Shown here: in pieces, positions 17,308 to 31,637 of the stretch | Numbering within the stretch: the stretch's first letter is position 1 | Layout of the letters: each line of letters starts with the position of its first letter | DNA from: an uncultured delta proteobacterium | Lineage (GTDB): Bacteria > Myxococcota_A > Polyangia > Fen-1088 | NCBI GenBank assembly: GCA_963737265.1 | Contig: CAVTRY010000023.1 | Span: 64,001-128,000 of the forward strand | Direction: 5' to 3' | DNA: 64,000 nt | The notes under the pieces: generated by a model | The model's database searches: none | Seen by the model: only the letters and a program-made list of their open reading frames with translations | What the model was told of the DNA's origin: nothing | Position numbers and translations under genes: made by a program

Positions 17308-18396
17308 ATGTTGCGCCAAGGCAGAAGAATTGGGGTGGCGGCGGGCTGGATCGCAGCCATGGCGCTCGTCCTCTTCGCCGAGGCGGGCGGAGTGGTGGGG
17401 GCGGCAACCCAGCCGTCATTCAGCGGGCAAGGGGGCGGGCAAGGCAACCTCCGGGCGCATCGCCTAAGCGGCCGGCCGCCTGGCAAGCCGGCTTACCTCT
17501 TTCTCTGGTATGCCGACGGCAGCCCGTCGCCTGGGGACGGACCGCTCTGCACCGGTTTCAGGCCGCCACCTTTCAACTGCAACTACGGTTCCACCATCGA
17601 AGACTGCCAGCGCCAGGTGCAAACCTACCTCGATGCGTGGTACGCGAATTTCAATATCGTCTTCACCCTCACGCGGCCAGCCAGCGGCGACTACTACATC
17701 ATGATCATCACCAGCGACGGAACTTGGTGCGAACAAAACCCGATCGAGGCTGGCGTGGCGCCGTTCAATTGCAACGACAACCCCGAACAGACCGCCTATG
17801 CATTCGAGTGTGGCTCCAGCGCCCACGCCTGCGCGACCATGATCGCGCATGAACACGGCCACATGGTCGGCCTGGAGCACATCACCAGCACGACCGACGT
17901 GATGAACCCGGTCATCCTCCCGACCGCGGCGGGGTTCGAAAACCAGAGCGACCGCACGGTGGATGGCCTGTGCCAACCGACGCAGAATTCCTACCAGCAG
18001 ATGTTGGCAGCGATGGGCGCGTGGCCCGGCGGAGACAAGCCGAATCCGTTTGCCTCCACGCCGGATGCCGGGGCGCCAGACATCCTGCCGGCCGACGCGG
18101 CGGATGCACGTTCGACCGGCGCCTCGATGGGGCCTCCGTCGGGCGCACCAGAAAACGATGGTAGTGTGGTCGTCCTGGCAGGGTTCGACGCTATCGGGCG
18201 CGCCCCCGTGAGCGCGGCCGATGCGTCGCACCCCGTGGCCGCCTCGCCTCATGGTGGCTGCGGCTTGGCGCGCGGCCCGAAGCGTGCGTCCTGGTCGGTC
18301 GCGATCGCGCTCCTTGCGCTCATTCTGCGCACCGCCCGCCAGCCCGGCTCAGGCCGGCCCGCGACCGCTGCCCGCGCCACCGCGCGCCGCCCGTAG
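17308..18396 (+). CDS. Secreted matrixin-like (metzincin) zinc metalloprotease with MYXO-CTERM-like tail
   Basis: Signal peptide, HEHGHMVGLEH, Met-turn DVMNP, many Cys, C-terminal GGC + hydrophobic helix + Arg. Confidence 0.8.
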   Translation: MLRQGRRIGVAAGWIAAMALVLFAEAGGVVGAATQPSFSGQGGGQGNLRAHRLSGRPPGKPAYLFLWYADGSPSPGDGPLCTGFRPPPFNCNYGSTIEDCQRQVQTYLDAWYANFNIVFTLTRPASGDYYIMIITSDGTWCEQNPIEAGVAPFNCNDNPEQTAYAFECGSSAHACATMIAHEHGHMVGLEHITSTTDVMNPVILPTAAGFENQSDRTVDGLCQPTQNSYQQMLAAMGAWPGGDKPNPFASTPDAGAPDILPADAADARSTGASMGPPSGAPENDGSVVVLAGFDAIGRAPVSAADASHPVAASPHGGCGLARGPKRASWSVAIALLALILRTARQPGSGRPATAARATARRP

Positions 18397-19440
18397 CCGA
18401 GCTACTTCCTTTCGCAGGGCCTGTACGCTCGCCTTCTGTTTCTCGATTTCTCGGCTAGCCTTTTCGATTTCGTCAGCCGCCGTGGCTAGCCTGCGCTTTG
18501 CCTGATCCCTTTCCATCGCCAGGAGTTCCCTCGCCGCGCCATCGTCGCTGATTTGGCGAAGGTAGCGTTCCACGTCCTTGCGTAGGACAGCGGCGGTCCG
18601 GGCCAATTTCTCCGATCGATCCTGCAACGTCATCCGGCTTTCGCGCAGCTCGTCCCGCTCTCGCCCAGCGCTGGCGACCTCGGCCGTAAGACGCTCAACT
18701 TCCGCCCGCCAGGCCAAAAGCTCGCCCTCGCCCGCAGTACCATCAAGGCCCGGGCCGGTCGGAACGAGAAGACTTTCGGACAAGTGCCAGGGCCTGTCGG
18801 TAGCGGTCGTGCACAAGGCGATCAGATGAGAGGGATTGCCGGCGAGCCTTGCGATGGCCTCGCTGACCGCCAGCTCGTCGCTTCCAGGAGAGAAGAAGGA
18901 CACGCCACGGAAGGGCGTCTCTTCAACGATGTCGACCGTGGCAAAGTGTTCTAGCAGCAGGTCGGCCAGCGCCGCGCGCAGGGTCACGCCCAGCGCCAGG
19001 CTGGCCAGCGAAGACGCGACCACACGTATGGCGCACATGCCATCGCGGCGAAGGACGCGGTGAACTTCGGCGAGCAGAACCGCGCGCTGATCCTCGGCAG
19101 CGACCGCCGCTTCTGGCAAGCCAGAAAGAACCAAATCAGCGCCGCCGCTTGGAAAAGGGAGCGGCAAGCCGGCCCGGCCCGGCGAGAACACCTCCACCGC
19201 GCCCGCCCTACGCAGCAGCTCAGGTCCAGGTCCTCCGCCAGGCGACAAGTCGACGACCACCTTGCCGATGGCAATCGGTTCGACGAACAAGTAGAAGGGC
19301 AGCCCCCACGGCGGCTCGGGCAAAGACCGCACGTCTTGTCGTTCTCGTGGCGACGGAGCGCCGGCGGCCGCGGACCTCACGCCCTCGCTTGCGAGGGAGC
19401 TTGGGACAGCGGATGCACTGTCCTCGTCAGGGGGAATCAT
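18349..19440 (-). CDS. Degenerate methyltransferase-fold protein with C-terminal coiled coil
   Basis: VVVDLSPGGG, LPFPSGGADLVL, LLAEVHRVLRRDG, then a heptad-rich tail. Confidence 0.6.
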   Translation of the reverse strand: MIPPDEDSASAVPSSLASEGVRSAAAGAPSPRERQDVRSLPEPPWGLPFYLFVEPIAIGKVVVDLSPGGGPGPELLRRAGAVEVFSPGRAGLPLPFPSGGADLVLSGLPEAAVAAEDQRAVLLAEVHRVLRRDGMCAIRVVASSLASLALGVTLRAALADLLLEHFATVDIVEETPFRGVSFFSPGSDELAVSEAIARLAGNPSHLIALCTTATDRPWHLSESLLVPTGPGLDGTAGEGELLAWRAEVERLTAEVASAGRERDELRESRMTLQDRSEKLARTAAVLRKDVERYLRQISDDGAARELLAMERDQAKRRLATAADEIEKASREIEKQKASVQALRKEVARLRAARGGAGSGRGPA

Positions 19441-19559
19441 CGTGTATTTTCCGGCCCCAAGTTTCGCCCCAGCGTGACGAATACACAAGAAGGTCCATCC
19501 CGCTTTTATGACAGCGCCAAGGGCAAGGCGCAGCCGATTCATGCGATAGTCGACAGGAC

Positions 19560-20513
19560 ATGCGCAAGAAGCTTGGACCCCTCCTGGGCTGGGCGGTGAC
19601 CATCGCTGTCCTGGTCTATCTGTTCCGAACCATTCCCCTTTCGAAAGTCGGCGACGCAATCCATGCGGCGTACTGGTGGGCGATCCCCGCTGACGCCGTG
19701 CTCGTCGTCGCGGTCTACCTGGCCGATTCATTCGCCATCAAGAAGACCTTCGCTTGGTTCGTGGCCCCCCTCTCCTTTCGCGAGGTGCTCATCGTGCGCG
19801 GGGCCACCTACCTCCTCGCGCTCATCAACTACGCCGTCGGCCAAGGCGCCATCATCTATTTCGTCAACCGTTCGCGCGGGGTACCTCTCTTGAGAGGAAC
19901 CGCGGCAGTGCTCCTGGTTATGGGCGTCAACGTTCTCGTACTGCTCGTGCTCGCCAGTGCCGGCCTCCTGATGACGGCCGATGTCCCGCCCGTCCTGCGC
20001 CTGGTAGTCATCATGGCCTACGGCGGTTTGGCGGGCTACATCGCCCTCGTGGCTTGGAAGCCGAGCTGGCTCGCCAGTCGGCCGATTTTTGACGTCCTAC
20101 TGTCGGCCGGCGTGAGCGGCCACTTGCGCGCGATGGCGGTGCGCCTACCTCACATCCTATCGCTCATGGTGCTAAGTTGGATATCGCTTGCCGCCTTCGG
20201 CGTCGTGGTTCCAGTCGGCAAGGCGGTGCTCTGCCTGCCCATCGTCTATTTCGTGGCCGTCCTGCCCATTTCCTTCCAAGGGCTGGGTACGTCGCAAGCC
20301 ATGCTGATCCATTTCTTTGCCGCCTACGCGCCCGGAAATACCGATGAGACCCGCTGGGCCGAAGTACTTGCATCGAGTCTCGTGTGCCAAGCCATCGCCC
20401 TGGCGATTCAGCTATCCATTGGGCTATTCTGCATACGCAACCAGCTGGCCCGCAATTTGGGAACGGCACAAGGCGGGCGGGATCGCTCCGCCAAGGAGCG
20501 TGCGGCACGATGA
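19560..20513 (+). CDS. Lysylphosphatidylglycerol synthase TM / flippase-like membrane protein
   Basis: About 8 TM helices; LPISFQGLGTSQ motif. Confidence 0.75.
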   Translation: MRKKLGPLLGWAVTIAVLVYLFRTIPLSKVGDAIHAAYWWAIPADAVLVVAVYLADSFAIKKTFAWFVAPLSFREVLIVRGATYLLALINYAVGQGAIIYFVNRSRGVPLLRGTAAVLLVMGVNVLVLLVLASAGLLMTADVPPVLRLVVIMAYGGLAGYIALVAWKPSWLASRPIFDVLLSAGVSGHLRAMAVRLPHILSLMVLSWISLAAFGVVVPVGKAVLCLPIVYFVAVLPISFQGLGTSQAMLIHFFAAYAPGNTDETRWAEVLASSLVCQAIALAIQLSIGLFCIRNQLARNLGTAQGGRDRSAKERAAR

Positions 20514-20914
20514 GATACAGCAAACCGCGCGCCTTCAATCTCGTTACCTTCCTGCTCTTGGTCGGGACTGCGCTGGTGATCTACGTCCTTATCTGCCTGT
20601 GGCCGGTGTACGCGTCTGCGTCGCGAGTCAAGGGCTTGCTCTACGACCAAATTCCGGCGCTTTACAAGGCCAATCTGCGCCCCGACGACGTCGCACGAAA
20701 CATGATCGACACCATCAAGGAAAACCTCGCCGCCGAGATGAAGAAGAACGGCATCAACGACAAGGCCGCCAAGATCTTCGTCACCCGAAGCCCCAAGGAA
20801 ATCGGTCTCGAAGTTCGCTTCAAGGCCAAGGCACACTTTCCCTTCCCGGAGCGAACCTTTGAATTCGAGCTGTCCCCGAAGGTCGTGTCCGACGCGACAC
20901 GGGTCGATTGGTAG
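20510..20914 (+). CDS. Hypothetical single-TM protein
   Basis: ATGA overlap with the upstream gene; N-terminal TM helix; plausible composition. Confidence 0.7.
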   Translation: MRYSKPRAFNLVTFLLLVGTALVIYVLICLWPVYASASRVKGLLYDQIPALYKANLRPDDVARNMIDTIKENLAAEMKKNGINDKAAKIFVTRSPKEIGLEVRFKAKAHFPFPERTFEFELSPKVVSDATRVDW

Positions 20915-20947
20915 ATTCGCCGACGTGATACAATCGGTTCGTTAGGC

Positions 20948-22558
20948 ATGTCCAAGATCATCGTCCAGAGCAGCGAGGACCGGCGCGAGTTCGAGCTGGG
21001 GCCGGTCACCACCATAGGGCGGCACCCGCACAACGCCGTGCAGATCCTCGATCGCATCGTTTCCAAGGAACACGCGCAGATCATTCGCCAGCCCGACGGA
21101 CATTTTCTCTACCGCGATCTCGGCAGCCTGAACGGCTCCTTCATCAAGGACCAACGGGTGGGCGATCACCTGCTGCTCGACGGTGACGAAATCACGCTGG
21201 GCGGAACCGTGGTCGTCTTCCAGGAAACGTCCGCGCAGGCAGCGCAGGCCGCCCAGCGCGTGAGCATCGAGCCCGCGGCGCCAAGCGACGGCGCGTTCAT
21301 TCAGCGCAAGGTTGCGGCCAGCGAGGCCGAGTTCCTGCCCGAAAAGGAAATCGCCAACGTCGAGGCGCTGCGCGCGGATTACGAAAAGCTGCGTCTGGCG
21401 CACGAGCTCGGACGGTCGATCGGGCTCGAGGTGGACATCGACGGCCTGCTGGAAAAGATCATCATGAAGGCTTTCGACCTCATCCCGGCGGATCGAGGTG
21501 TGATCCTGCTCATGGAGAACGACGTTCCCAAACCTCGCGTGGCCAAGACGCGCGACGGACGCAACGAACAGATCCTGCTTTCGCGGTCGATCTTGGCCGA
21601 GGTCGTGCAGCACAAGACCGCCGTGCTGTCGTCCGACGCCAGCGCCGACAGCCGCTTCCAAGGCGCGCGCTCCATCATCATGCAGGGCATTCGGTCCACC
21701 ATGACCGTGCCGCTCATTCACCAGGAACAATTGCTCGGCATCATGCACCTCGATTCGATGGTCGCGACCAATGCCTTCGGCGAAAAGGATCTGCAAATTT
21801 TCGTCAGCATCGGCAACCAGGCCGCGGTGGCCATCCACAACTCCATGCTCGCGCTCAAGATCGAGCACGAAGCCAAGACGCGCGCCCAGTTTCAGCGCTT
21901 GCTTTCGCCCAACCTGGTCGAACAAGTGGTGGCGGGCAACCTGCAGCTCGAAAAAGGCGGCGCGCTTAGCGAAGTCACCCTGCTCTTTTCCGACATCCGC
22001 GGCTTCACCGCCATGAGCGAAAAACGAGCGCCGCAGGAAATCGTGAGCATGCTCAACGAATACTTCGAGCTGATGGTGGACGTCATCTTCAAGCACGAAG
22101 GCACGCTCGACAAATTCGTGGGCGACGAAATCGTGGCCATCTTCGGGGCGCCCGTGGCGCTCGACAACGCCGAGCTCAAGGCGGTCGAATGCGGCCTCGA
22201 CATGAAGGCGGTCCTGGCCGAGTTCAACCGCGTGCGCGCGGCGTCCGGCCGGGATGAAATCAAGGTCGGCATCGGCATCAACACCGGCACCGTGGTCACG
22301 GGCGCCATCGGAAGCTCGCGCGCGCTTCAGTACACCGCCATCGGCGACGCCGTGAACACGGCCTCGCGCCTGTGCAGCGTGGCCAAGGCCGACGAGCTTC
22401 TCGTCTCCGAGCCGACCTACGCCCGCGTGCAAGCGATGGTCAACGCCACCACGCTCACGCCGGTGCGGGTCAAGGGCAAGGCCGACGTGTTGCGGGTATG
22501 GAACGTCACCAGCCTGCGCTCGCCCGACTGGCGCGCCGAGACGACCAAGCCTTTTTAG
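20948..22558 (+). CDS. FHA-GAF-class III adenylate/guanylate cyclase
   Basis: FHA (IGRHPHN..VSKEHA..DLGSLNG), GAF, cyclase motifs FSDIRGFT, DKFVGD, YTAIGDAVNTASRL. Confidence 0.92.
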   Translation: MSKIIVQSSEDRREFELGPVTTIGRHPHNAVQILDRIVSKEHAQIIRQPDGHFLYRDLGSLNGSFIKDQRVGDHLLLDGDEITLGGTVVVFQETSAQAAQAAQRVSIEPAAPSDGAFIQRKVAASEAEFLPEKEIANVEALRADYEKLRLAHELGRSIGLEVDIDGLLEKIIMKAFDLIPADRGVILLMENDVPKPRVAKTRDGRNEQILLSRSILAEVVQHKTAVLSSDASADSRFQGARSIIMQGIRSTMTVPLIHQEQLLGIMHLDSMVATNAFGEKDLQIFVSIGNQAAVAIHNSMLALKIEHEAKTRAQFQRLLSPNLVEQVVAGNLQLEKGGALSEVTLLFSDIRGFTAMSEKRAPQEIVSMLNEYFELMVDVIFKHEGTLDKFVGDEIVAIFGAPVALDNAELKAVECGLDMKAVLAEFNRVRAASGRDEIKVGIGINTGTVVTGAIGSSRALQYTAIGDAVNTASRLCSVAKADELLVSEPTYARVQAMVNATTLTPVRVKGKADVLRVWNVTSLRSPDWRAETTKPF

Positions 22559-22637
22559 GCTTGGCCTTTGATCTCGAACCTCGTCGAGGTGGCCGGCATC
22601 CTAAAGAGCGGTTAGAATCCACGTGGAAGGAGACAGC

Positions 22638-23027
22638 ATGTCCGCAATCGCAGAGACCAAAATTGAATCCCCGGTCGAAGGCAGCCAGGAGCAGAGCCAA
22701 GAGCTGGTGAAGTTGACGGCCCGGGCCGCGGAAAAAGTGAAGGCCATCCGCTCCGAGGAGAAGATCGAGGACAGCTACGGGTTGCGACTGAAAGTCATGG
22801 GCGGCGGCTGCTCGGGTTTCGCCTACGACCTGTTCTTCGACCAACCCCAAGACGTCGATCAGACGTTCGAATCGCAGGGCATCCGCCTGCTGTGCGATCA
22901 GATGAGCCTGATGTACCTTGTCGGCACCGAGGTCGACTACGTCGAGAGCTTGCAGGGATCGGGCTTCAAGTTTACCAATCCCAACGTGAAGTCGACGTGC
23001 GGCTGCGGCTCGTCCTTCAGCGCCTAG
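22638..23027 (+). CDS. HesB/IscA/ErpA A-type Fe-S carrier
   Basis: GGGCSG, NPNVKSTCGCGSSF; SD AAGGAG. Confidence 0.93.
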   Translation: MSAIAETKIESPVEGSQEQSQELVKLTARAAEKVKAIRSEEKIEDSYGLRLKVMGGGCSGFAYDLFFDQPQDVDQTFESQGIRLLCDQMSLMYLVGTEVDYVESLQGSGFKFTNPNVKSTCGCGSSFSA

Positions 23028-23054
23028 TTGCTTTCGTCTTCTTTTGAGACGGCG

Positions 23055-23405
23055 TCACTTCACGGTGATGCCGTCTTCCTGTTTAATGCGGTCGATCTTC
23101 GTCAGACACTGATCGCGAATCATGCTGCGCATGCTCGGGCTCTCGTCCTCGACGGATTCCTTGAAGATGCTTTGGTAGCTGTTGCACTTCGTCGCATCCA
23201 CCACCGGGCGACAGAAGTAGTCGCGTACCCGCTCGCAGGGATTGCGGCTGGCGACTGCCATCTTGACCGCTACCCAAACCACGGCAGCGCAGAAGGCCAC
23301 CGCGAGCACGGTCACGACAAGACGGTGGCGCCTGCGATAGCGGTTTGGATCGATCGTCTCGGCCTCGCGGCGAATCTGTGCAAGTTCCTCGGGGGTTTCG
23401 TCCAT
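23055..23405 (-). CDS. Hypothetical membrane-anchored Cys-containing protein
   Basis: MDETPEEL.., one TM helix, four Cys in the C-terminal part. Confidence 0.6.
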   Translation of the reverse strand: MDETPEELAQIRREAETIDPNRYRRRHRLVVTVLAVAFCAAVVWVAVKMAVASRNPCERVRDYFCRPVVDATKCNSYQSIFKESVEDESPSMRSMIRDQCLTKIDRIKQEDGITVK

Positions 23406-23530
23406 GAGGCGTCGATTACATCCGATGCAATGCCTGACCGCAAACCCGGAAAACGATTCTTTTCGCAGGCGCGTGCTAGACCGAGGGCATGTCCCGTCAG
23501 AGTATGCCCCGTCAGGCTCAACCGCGCAGA

Positions 23531-24208
23531 ATGACCAAGGCGACGCGGAAGCCGGCCTACGGCACCTGGCCGCCGCCGACCCGTCGCGTGCACGGAGTCC
23601 TCGACGATCTCGATTACCTTTACCCAGCCGCTGACTGCGAGCTCGACCGCGCGGATGCATTCCAGCTTCTGTGCGCCACCATCCTCTCCGCCCAGTGCAC
23701 CGACGAACGCGTGAACAAGGTCACGCCGGATCTGTTCGCGCGCTTTCCCACGCCGGCTACCCTTGCCAAGGCGCAACCGACGGTGGTGGAAGACCTGATT
23801 CGCTCGACGGGCTTCTTTCGCAACAAAGCCAAGAACCTGATCGGTGCCGCCCGCATGCTGGTGGACAAGTGGGACGGTCAGGTGCCGAGGTCGATGAGCG
23901 ACCTACTCCAGCTTCCCGGTGTCGCGCGCAAGACCGCCAACGTGGTGCTCGGAACGGCCTACCAGATTGCGGATGGCGTGGTGGTCGATACCCACGTGGC
24001 CCGCTTGTCGCAACGACTGGCGCTGACTCGATGGACGACGCCGGAGAAGATCGAACGCGACCTGATGCAGATCGTTCCGCGCGAACGCTGGATTCTGCTC
24101 TCTCACCAGCTCATCTGGCACGGTCGCCGGATCTGCCACGCACGCAAACCCGCCTGTGACGCTTGCCGCCTGGTTCCGCACTGCCCGAGCGCGTTCCGCG
24201 AGACTTGA
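23531..24208 (+). CDS. nth: Endonuclease III
   Basis: LSAQCTD, HhH LPGVARKTANVV, VDTHV, C-x6-C-x2-C-x5-C Fe-S motif. Confidence 0.95.
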   Translation: MTKATRKPAYGTWPPPTRRVHGVLDDLDYLYPAADCELDRADAFQLLCATILSAQCTDERVNKVTPDLFARFPTPATLAKAQPTVVEDLIRSTGFFRNKAKNLIGAARMLVDKWDGQVPRSMSDLLQLPGVARKTANVVLGTAYQIADGVVVDTHVARLSQRLALTRWTTPEKIERDLMQIVPRERWILLSHQLIWHGRRICHARKPACDACRLVPHCPSAFRET

Positions 24209-24221
24209 CGGCCGCTACGGA

Positions 24222-24584
24222 CTAGTGCCAGGCAACTTCCACGTCGTTGAGCTGGCCCACCATGAGCTCGCCCAAGCTGCCGTTTCCGTTCAGAAGTACC
24301 ATGTTGTTGGCGTCGAGGCCGGTCACAGCGACCGTTGCGGCGCCCGAGAACTGGTGGGGAATCTGGATGGTGTAGCTGGTGCCGTTCGAGAGATCAATGG
24401 GCGGACCATCCTGCGATCCGACATCCTCGGTGCGCTGCTCGCCACCCACGGTGGTCTGCGTCGCCAACGTGGTCACCGAGCTGACGGTCGATGGATCCAG
24501 GTTGACTCGAAGCACGCTGTCAGCGCTGCCGCACCCAATGCCCCAGCCAGCGAATAGGACTAAGCCGACGAGTCTATTTCGCAT
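24222..24584 (-). CDS. Small lipoprotein, unknown function
   Basis: MRNRLVGLVLFAGWGIGC lipobox; beta-rich body. Confidence 0.6.
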   Translation of the reverse strand: MRNRLVGLVLFAGWGIGCGSADSVLRVNLDPSTVSSVTTLATQTTVGGEQRTEDVGSQDGPPIDLSNGTSYTIQIPHQFSGAATVAVTGLDANNMVLLNGNGSLGELMVGQLNDVEVAWH

Positions 24585-24598
24585 GGTAGTCACCGTGG

Positions 24599-27026
<2,428 letters not shown>

Positions 27027-27249
27027 AGTATTGAGTGCCGCGGGCCAGATTGCAAACGGAGTGGCGAGCGCGATCTCCGGCGCGCGGGTGCGGTCAAGAA
27101 CGACGCAGCAGCAACGCATAGCGAAATCCATAAGGAACCGATGCGAAAAACGCACTAACCAAGCGAGCAAGCCTTGCCTATGCTGCGCGACCTGGCCTAG
27201 GTCTCGTCGAGCTAAACGTAGTCACACATACCATCTGGAGAAGGTGGGG

Positions 27250-29949
27250 ATGCTTCCCGCAATCGATCGCTGGTCTCGGTGGAAAAGCGCCTTCACAGGA
27301 GTGCTGGCGTTGGCCGCGCTCCTCGTTCTGATTCGACTCGGTCATCGACCCGAGTTGGTGGTTGCTGTCCTGGTCGCCCTGCTGGCGGGCGGCATCGCAG
27401 TACTCCACTACGTTCTGGTCGAACGCCGGCGCCGCCAGGATCGAGCACGGAGCTTGCAGCTCCTGCGTCTCCTCAACGGGGAGGGAACCCTGCACGACCT
27501 ACTCGAAAAACTCACGGCCTTCATGCAGGAGTGGACCGGGTGCTCCGCGGTCGGCGTCCGCCTGCAATACGATGACGATTTCCCGTATTTCGAAACACGA
27601 GGTTTCTCCAAGGAATTTGTCGCGGCGGAAAAACACCTGTGCGCCCGCGATATCGCGGGACAGGTTATCCGGGATACGATGGGGAATCCTTTGCTCGACT
27701 GCATGTGCGGAAACGTTCTTTGCGGTCGTTTCAACCCGGATCTCCCCTTCTTCACGGCCAAGGGGACCTTCTGGTCCAATCACACAGGCCATCTTCTAGC
27801 CACCACCAGCGACGCCGATCGCCAGGCCCGAACCCGCAACCGCTGCAATGGCGAGGGCTACGAATCGGTGGCCCTAATTCCCCTCCAAGCCGGAGGCCAA
27901 ACCTACGGCCTATTACAGTTCAACGACTTCGCCAAGGGAAGGTTCTCGCCACGCATGCTTGGTTTCCTCGAGGAGGTCGCCGACATCGTTGCACTCTCCC
28001 TCGGCCAGCGGCACGCGCAAGAGGTGCTCGCGAAGAACGAAGCGAAGTACCGGCAGATCGTGGAAACGGCCGACGAAGGCATCTGGATGGGCGACGCCCA
28101 GCACCGAACGAGCTACATCAACCCGCGGTCGGCGAAAATCCTCGGCCACACATTCGAGCAAATGAAGGGACGGGACATCGAGAGCTTCGTCTTTGCCGAG
28201 GACATCCCAGAGCATCGGCAGCGTATGGCGGAACGCCGCAAGGGCCACTCCGAGCGCTACGAAATCCGCTTTCGACGCCCCGACGGCAGCCCTGTCTGGT
28301 GCCTGGTTTCCCCGCGGGCGACGTTCGACGACAAGGGCCAGTTCGCCGGATCGTTCGCCATGGTCTCGGACATCTCCGAGCGCAAACAGGCGGAGACCTC
28401 GTTGCGCGCCAGCGAAGAGCACTACCGGTCGTTGTTCGAGCACATGCTGAACGGCGTCGCCAGTTGCCAGATGCTATTTGACAACGGCCAGCCGCAAGAC
28501 TTCATCTATCTTGCCGTCAACCAGGCCTTTGCATCCCTGACCGGCCTCAAGGACGTCGTGGGCAAGAAGGTGACCGAGGTCATCCCCGGAATCCGCGAAT
28601 CCGATCCCAAACTATTCGAGGTGTACGGCCGAGTCGCGACGACCGGCGTTCCCGAGCGAATCGAAACCTACGTTGCCGGGCTCAAAATGTGGTTCTGGAT
28701 CTCGGTTTTCAGCCACCGCAAGGACCATTTCGTCGCGGTCTTCGATGTCGTCGACGACCTCAAGCGCGCCGAGGAGGAGCGGGAAAGGCTGCAAGCTCAG
28801 CTCCTCCAGGCACAAAAGATGGAATCCGTCGGCCGCTTGGCCGGCGGCATCGCGCACGACTTCAACAACATGCTGAGCGTAATCAACGGGCACGCAGAGC
28901 TGGCCCTGGAACAGATTCCCGAGTCGGATCCGGTGCATGACGACCTGTGGGAGATCCTCAGCGCCGGCCGGCGTTCGGCGACCTTGACCCGCCAGCTTCT
29001 GGCGTTTGCCCGCCAGCAGACCGTCCAGCCGAGGGTGATCGATCTCAACCAAGTCGTGTCGGGCATGCTCAAAATGCTTGCGCGGCTCATCGGTGAAGAC
29101 ATCGAGCTCGCCTGGTCACCAGACCCTGGCTTGTGGAAGGTCCACGTCGATCCCGCGCAAATCGACCAGGTCCTCGCCAATCTGGCGGTCAACGCGCGCG
29201 ACGCCATAGCCGGGGTGGGTAAGGTAGTACTGGCCACCGCCAATGCGGTGGTCGACGAAGACGAATGCAGCATCGAGGGCAGTCTTCCTGGCCGCTATGT
29301 CCGGCTTTCGGTGACCGACACAGGCTGCGGCATGGACAAGCAAACCATGGCGCGGATCTTCGAGCCGTTTTTCACCACAAAGAAAGTCGGCGAAGGGACA
29401 GGTCTCGGCCTTGCCACGGTGTATGGCGCGGTCAAACAAAACGACGGATTCGTCAACGTCCACAGCGAGCCCGGTAAAGGCACGACCTTCAACATTTACC
29501 TGCCCCGGTCCGAGAGCGTGCTGACGACGACGGCCGAGATGGAATCCATGTCTGAGATTCCCCAAGGCGCGGAGACCGTGTTGCTGGTGGAAGACGAGGA
29601 GAACGTTCTTCGCATGGTGCGAGGACTCCTCAGCAGCGCAGGCTACGGCGTGCTGGCCGCCAACAGCCCCCAGGAAGCCATCCAGGTAGCGCAGGGCTTC
29701 CATGGAACCATCGATTTGTTGGTGACTGACCTGATCATGCCGGGGATGAATGGGCGCGAGCTAGCCCGTCAGTTGAAAGTCGGCAGGCCCAGTTTGAAGT
29801 GCCTCTATATGTCGGGCTACCCGGCGGACGTCATCGCCCATCACGGAATGATCGACGCCGGCGTGCACCTGATTCAGAAACCTTTCAGCTTGAAGCTGCT
29901 GGCCAAAACCGTTCGTGAAGCCATCGACAGCTCCACGCCACCGGCGTAG
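27250..29949 (+). CDS. Hybrid sensor histidine kinase (2TM-GAF-PAS-PAS-HisKA-HATPase-REC)
   Basis: QAQKMESVGRLAGGIAHDFNN, NLAVNARDA, DTGCGM, GTGLGL, LVEDE..TDLIMP..KPF. Confidence 0.92.
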   Translation: MLPAIDRWSRWKSAFTGVLALAALLVLIRLGHRPELVVAVLVALLAGGIAVLHYVLVERRRRQDRARSLQLLRLLNGEGTLHDLLEKLTAFMQEWTGCSAVGVRLQYDDDFPYFETRGFSKEFVAAEKHLCARDIAGQVIRDTMGNPLLDCMCGNVLCGRFNPDLPFFTAKGTFWSNHTGHLLATTSDADRQARTRNRCNGEGYESVALIPLQAGGQTYGLLQFNDFAKGRFSPRMLGFLEEVADIVALSLGQRHAQEVLAKNEAKYRQIVETADEGIWMGDAQHRTSYINPRSAKILGHTFEQMKGRDIESFVFAEDIPEHRQRMAERRKGHSERYEIRFRRPDGSPVWCLVSPRATFDDKGQFAGSFAMVSDISERKQAETSLRASEEHYRSLFEHMLNGVASCQMLFDNGQPQDFIYLAVNQAFASLTGLKDVVGKKVTEVIPGIRESDPKLFEVYGRVATTGVPERIETYVAGLKMWFWISVFSHRKDHFVAVFDVVDDLKRAEEERERLQAQLLQAQKMESVGRLAGGIAHDFNNMLSVINGHAELALEQIPESDPVHDDLWEILSAGRRSATLTRQLLAFARQQTVQPRVIDLNQVVSGMLKMLARLIGEDIELAWSPDPGLWKVHVDPAQIDQVLANLAVNARDAIAGVGKVVLATANAVVDEDECSIEGSLPGRYVRLSVTDTGCGMDKQTMARIFEPFFTTKKVGEGTGLGLATVYGAVKQNDGFVNVHSEPGKGTTFNIYLPRSESVLTTTAEMESMSEIPQGAETVLLVEDEENVLRMVRGLLSSAGYGVLAANSPQEAIQVAQGFHGTIDLLVTDLIMPGMNGRELARQLKVGRPSLKCLYMSGYPADVIAHHGMIDAGVHLIQKPFSLKLLAKTVREAIDSSTPPA

Positions 29950-29973
29950 CGGCCGGCTCCGGGCTGCAGCCAG

Positions 29974-31434
<1,461 letters not shown>

Positions 31435-31637
31435 CGCGACGAGCGCATTTGCAAAGTTTTATGACCGAAATTAAGTATGCCTGAATACGAATGATTCTGC
31501 AATAGGAAGAGCAAGTCCGAAATCTCGCGACACGCGGAAAGTCCTTCAGGGACAGGCCTTTCCAAGATCGAGCCGCGCCCCGATGGGAGCGATGGGTGGT
31601 CTGCGGCTGTCGCGGGATCCAGTGCGAGCGGATAAGA

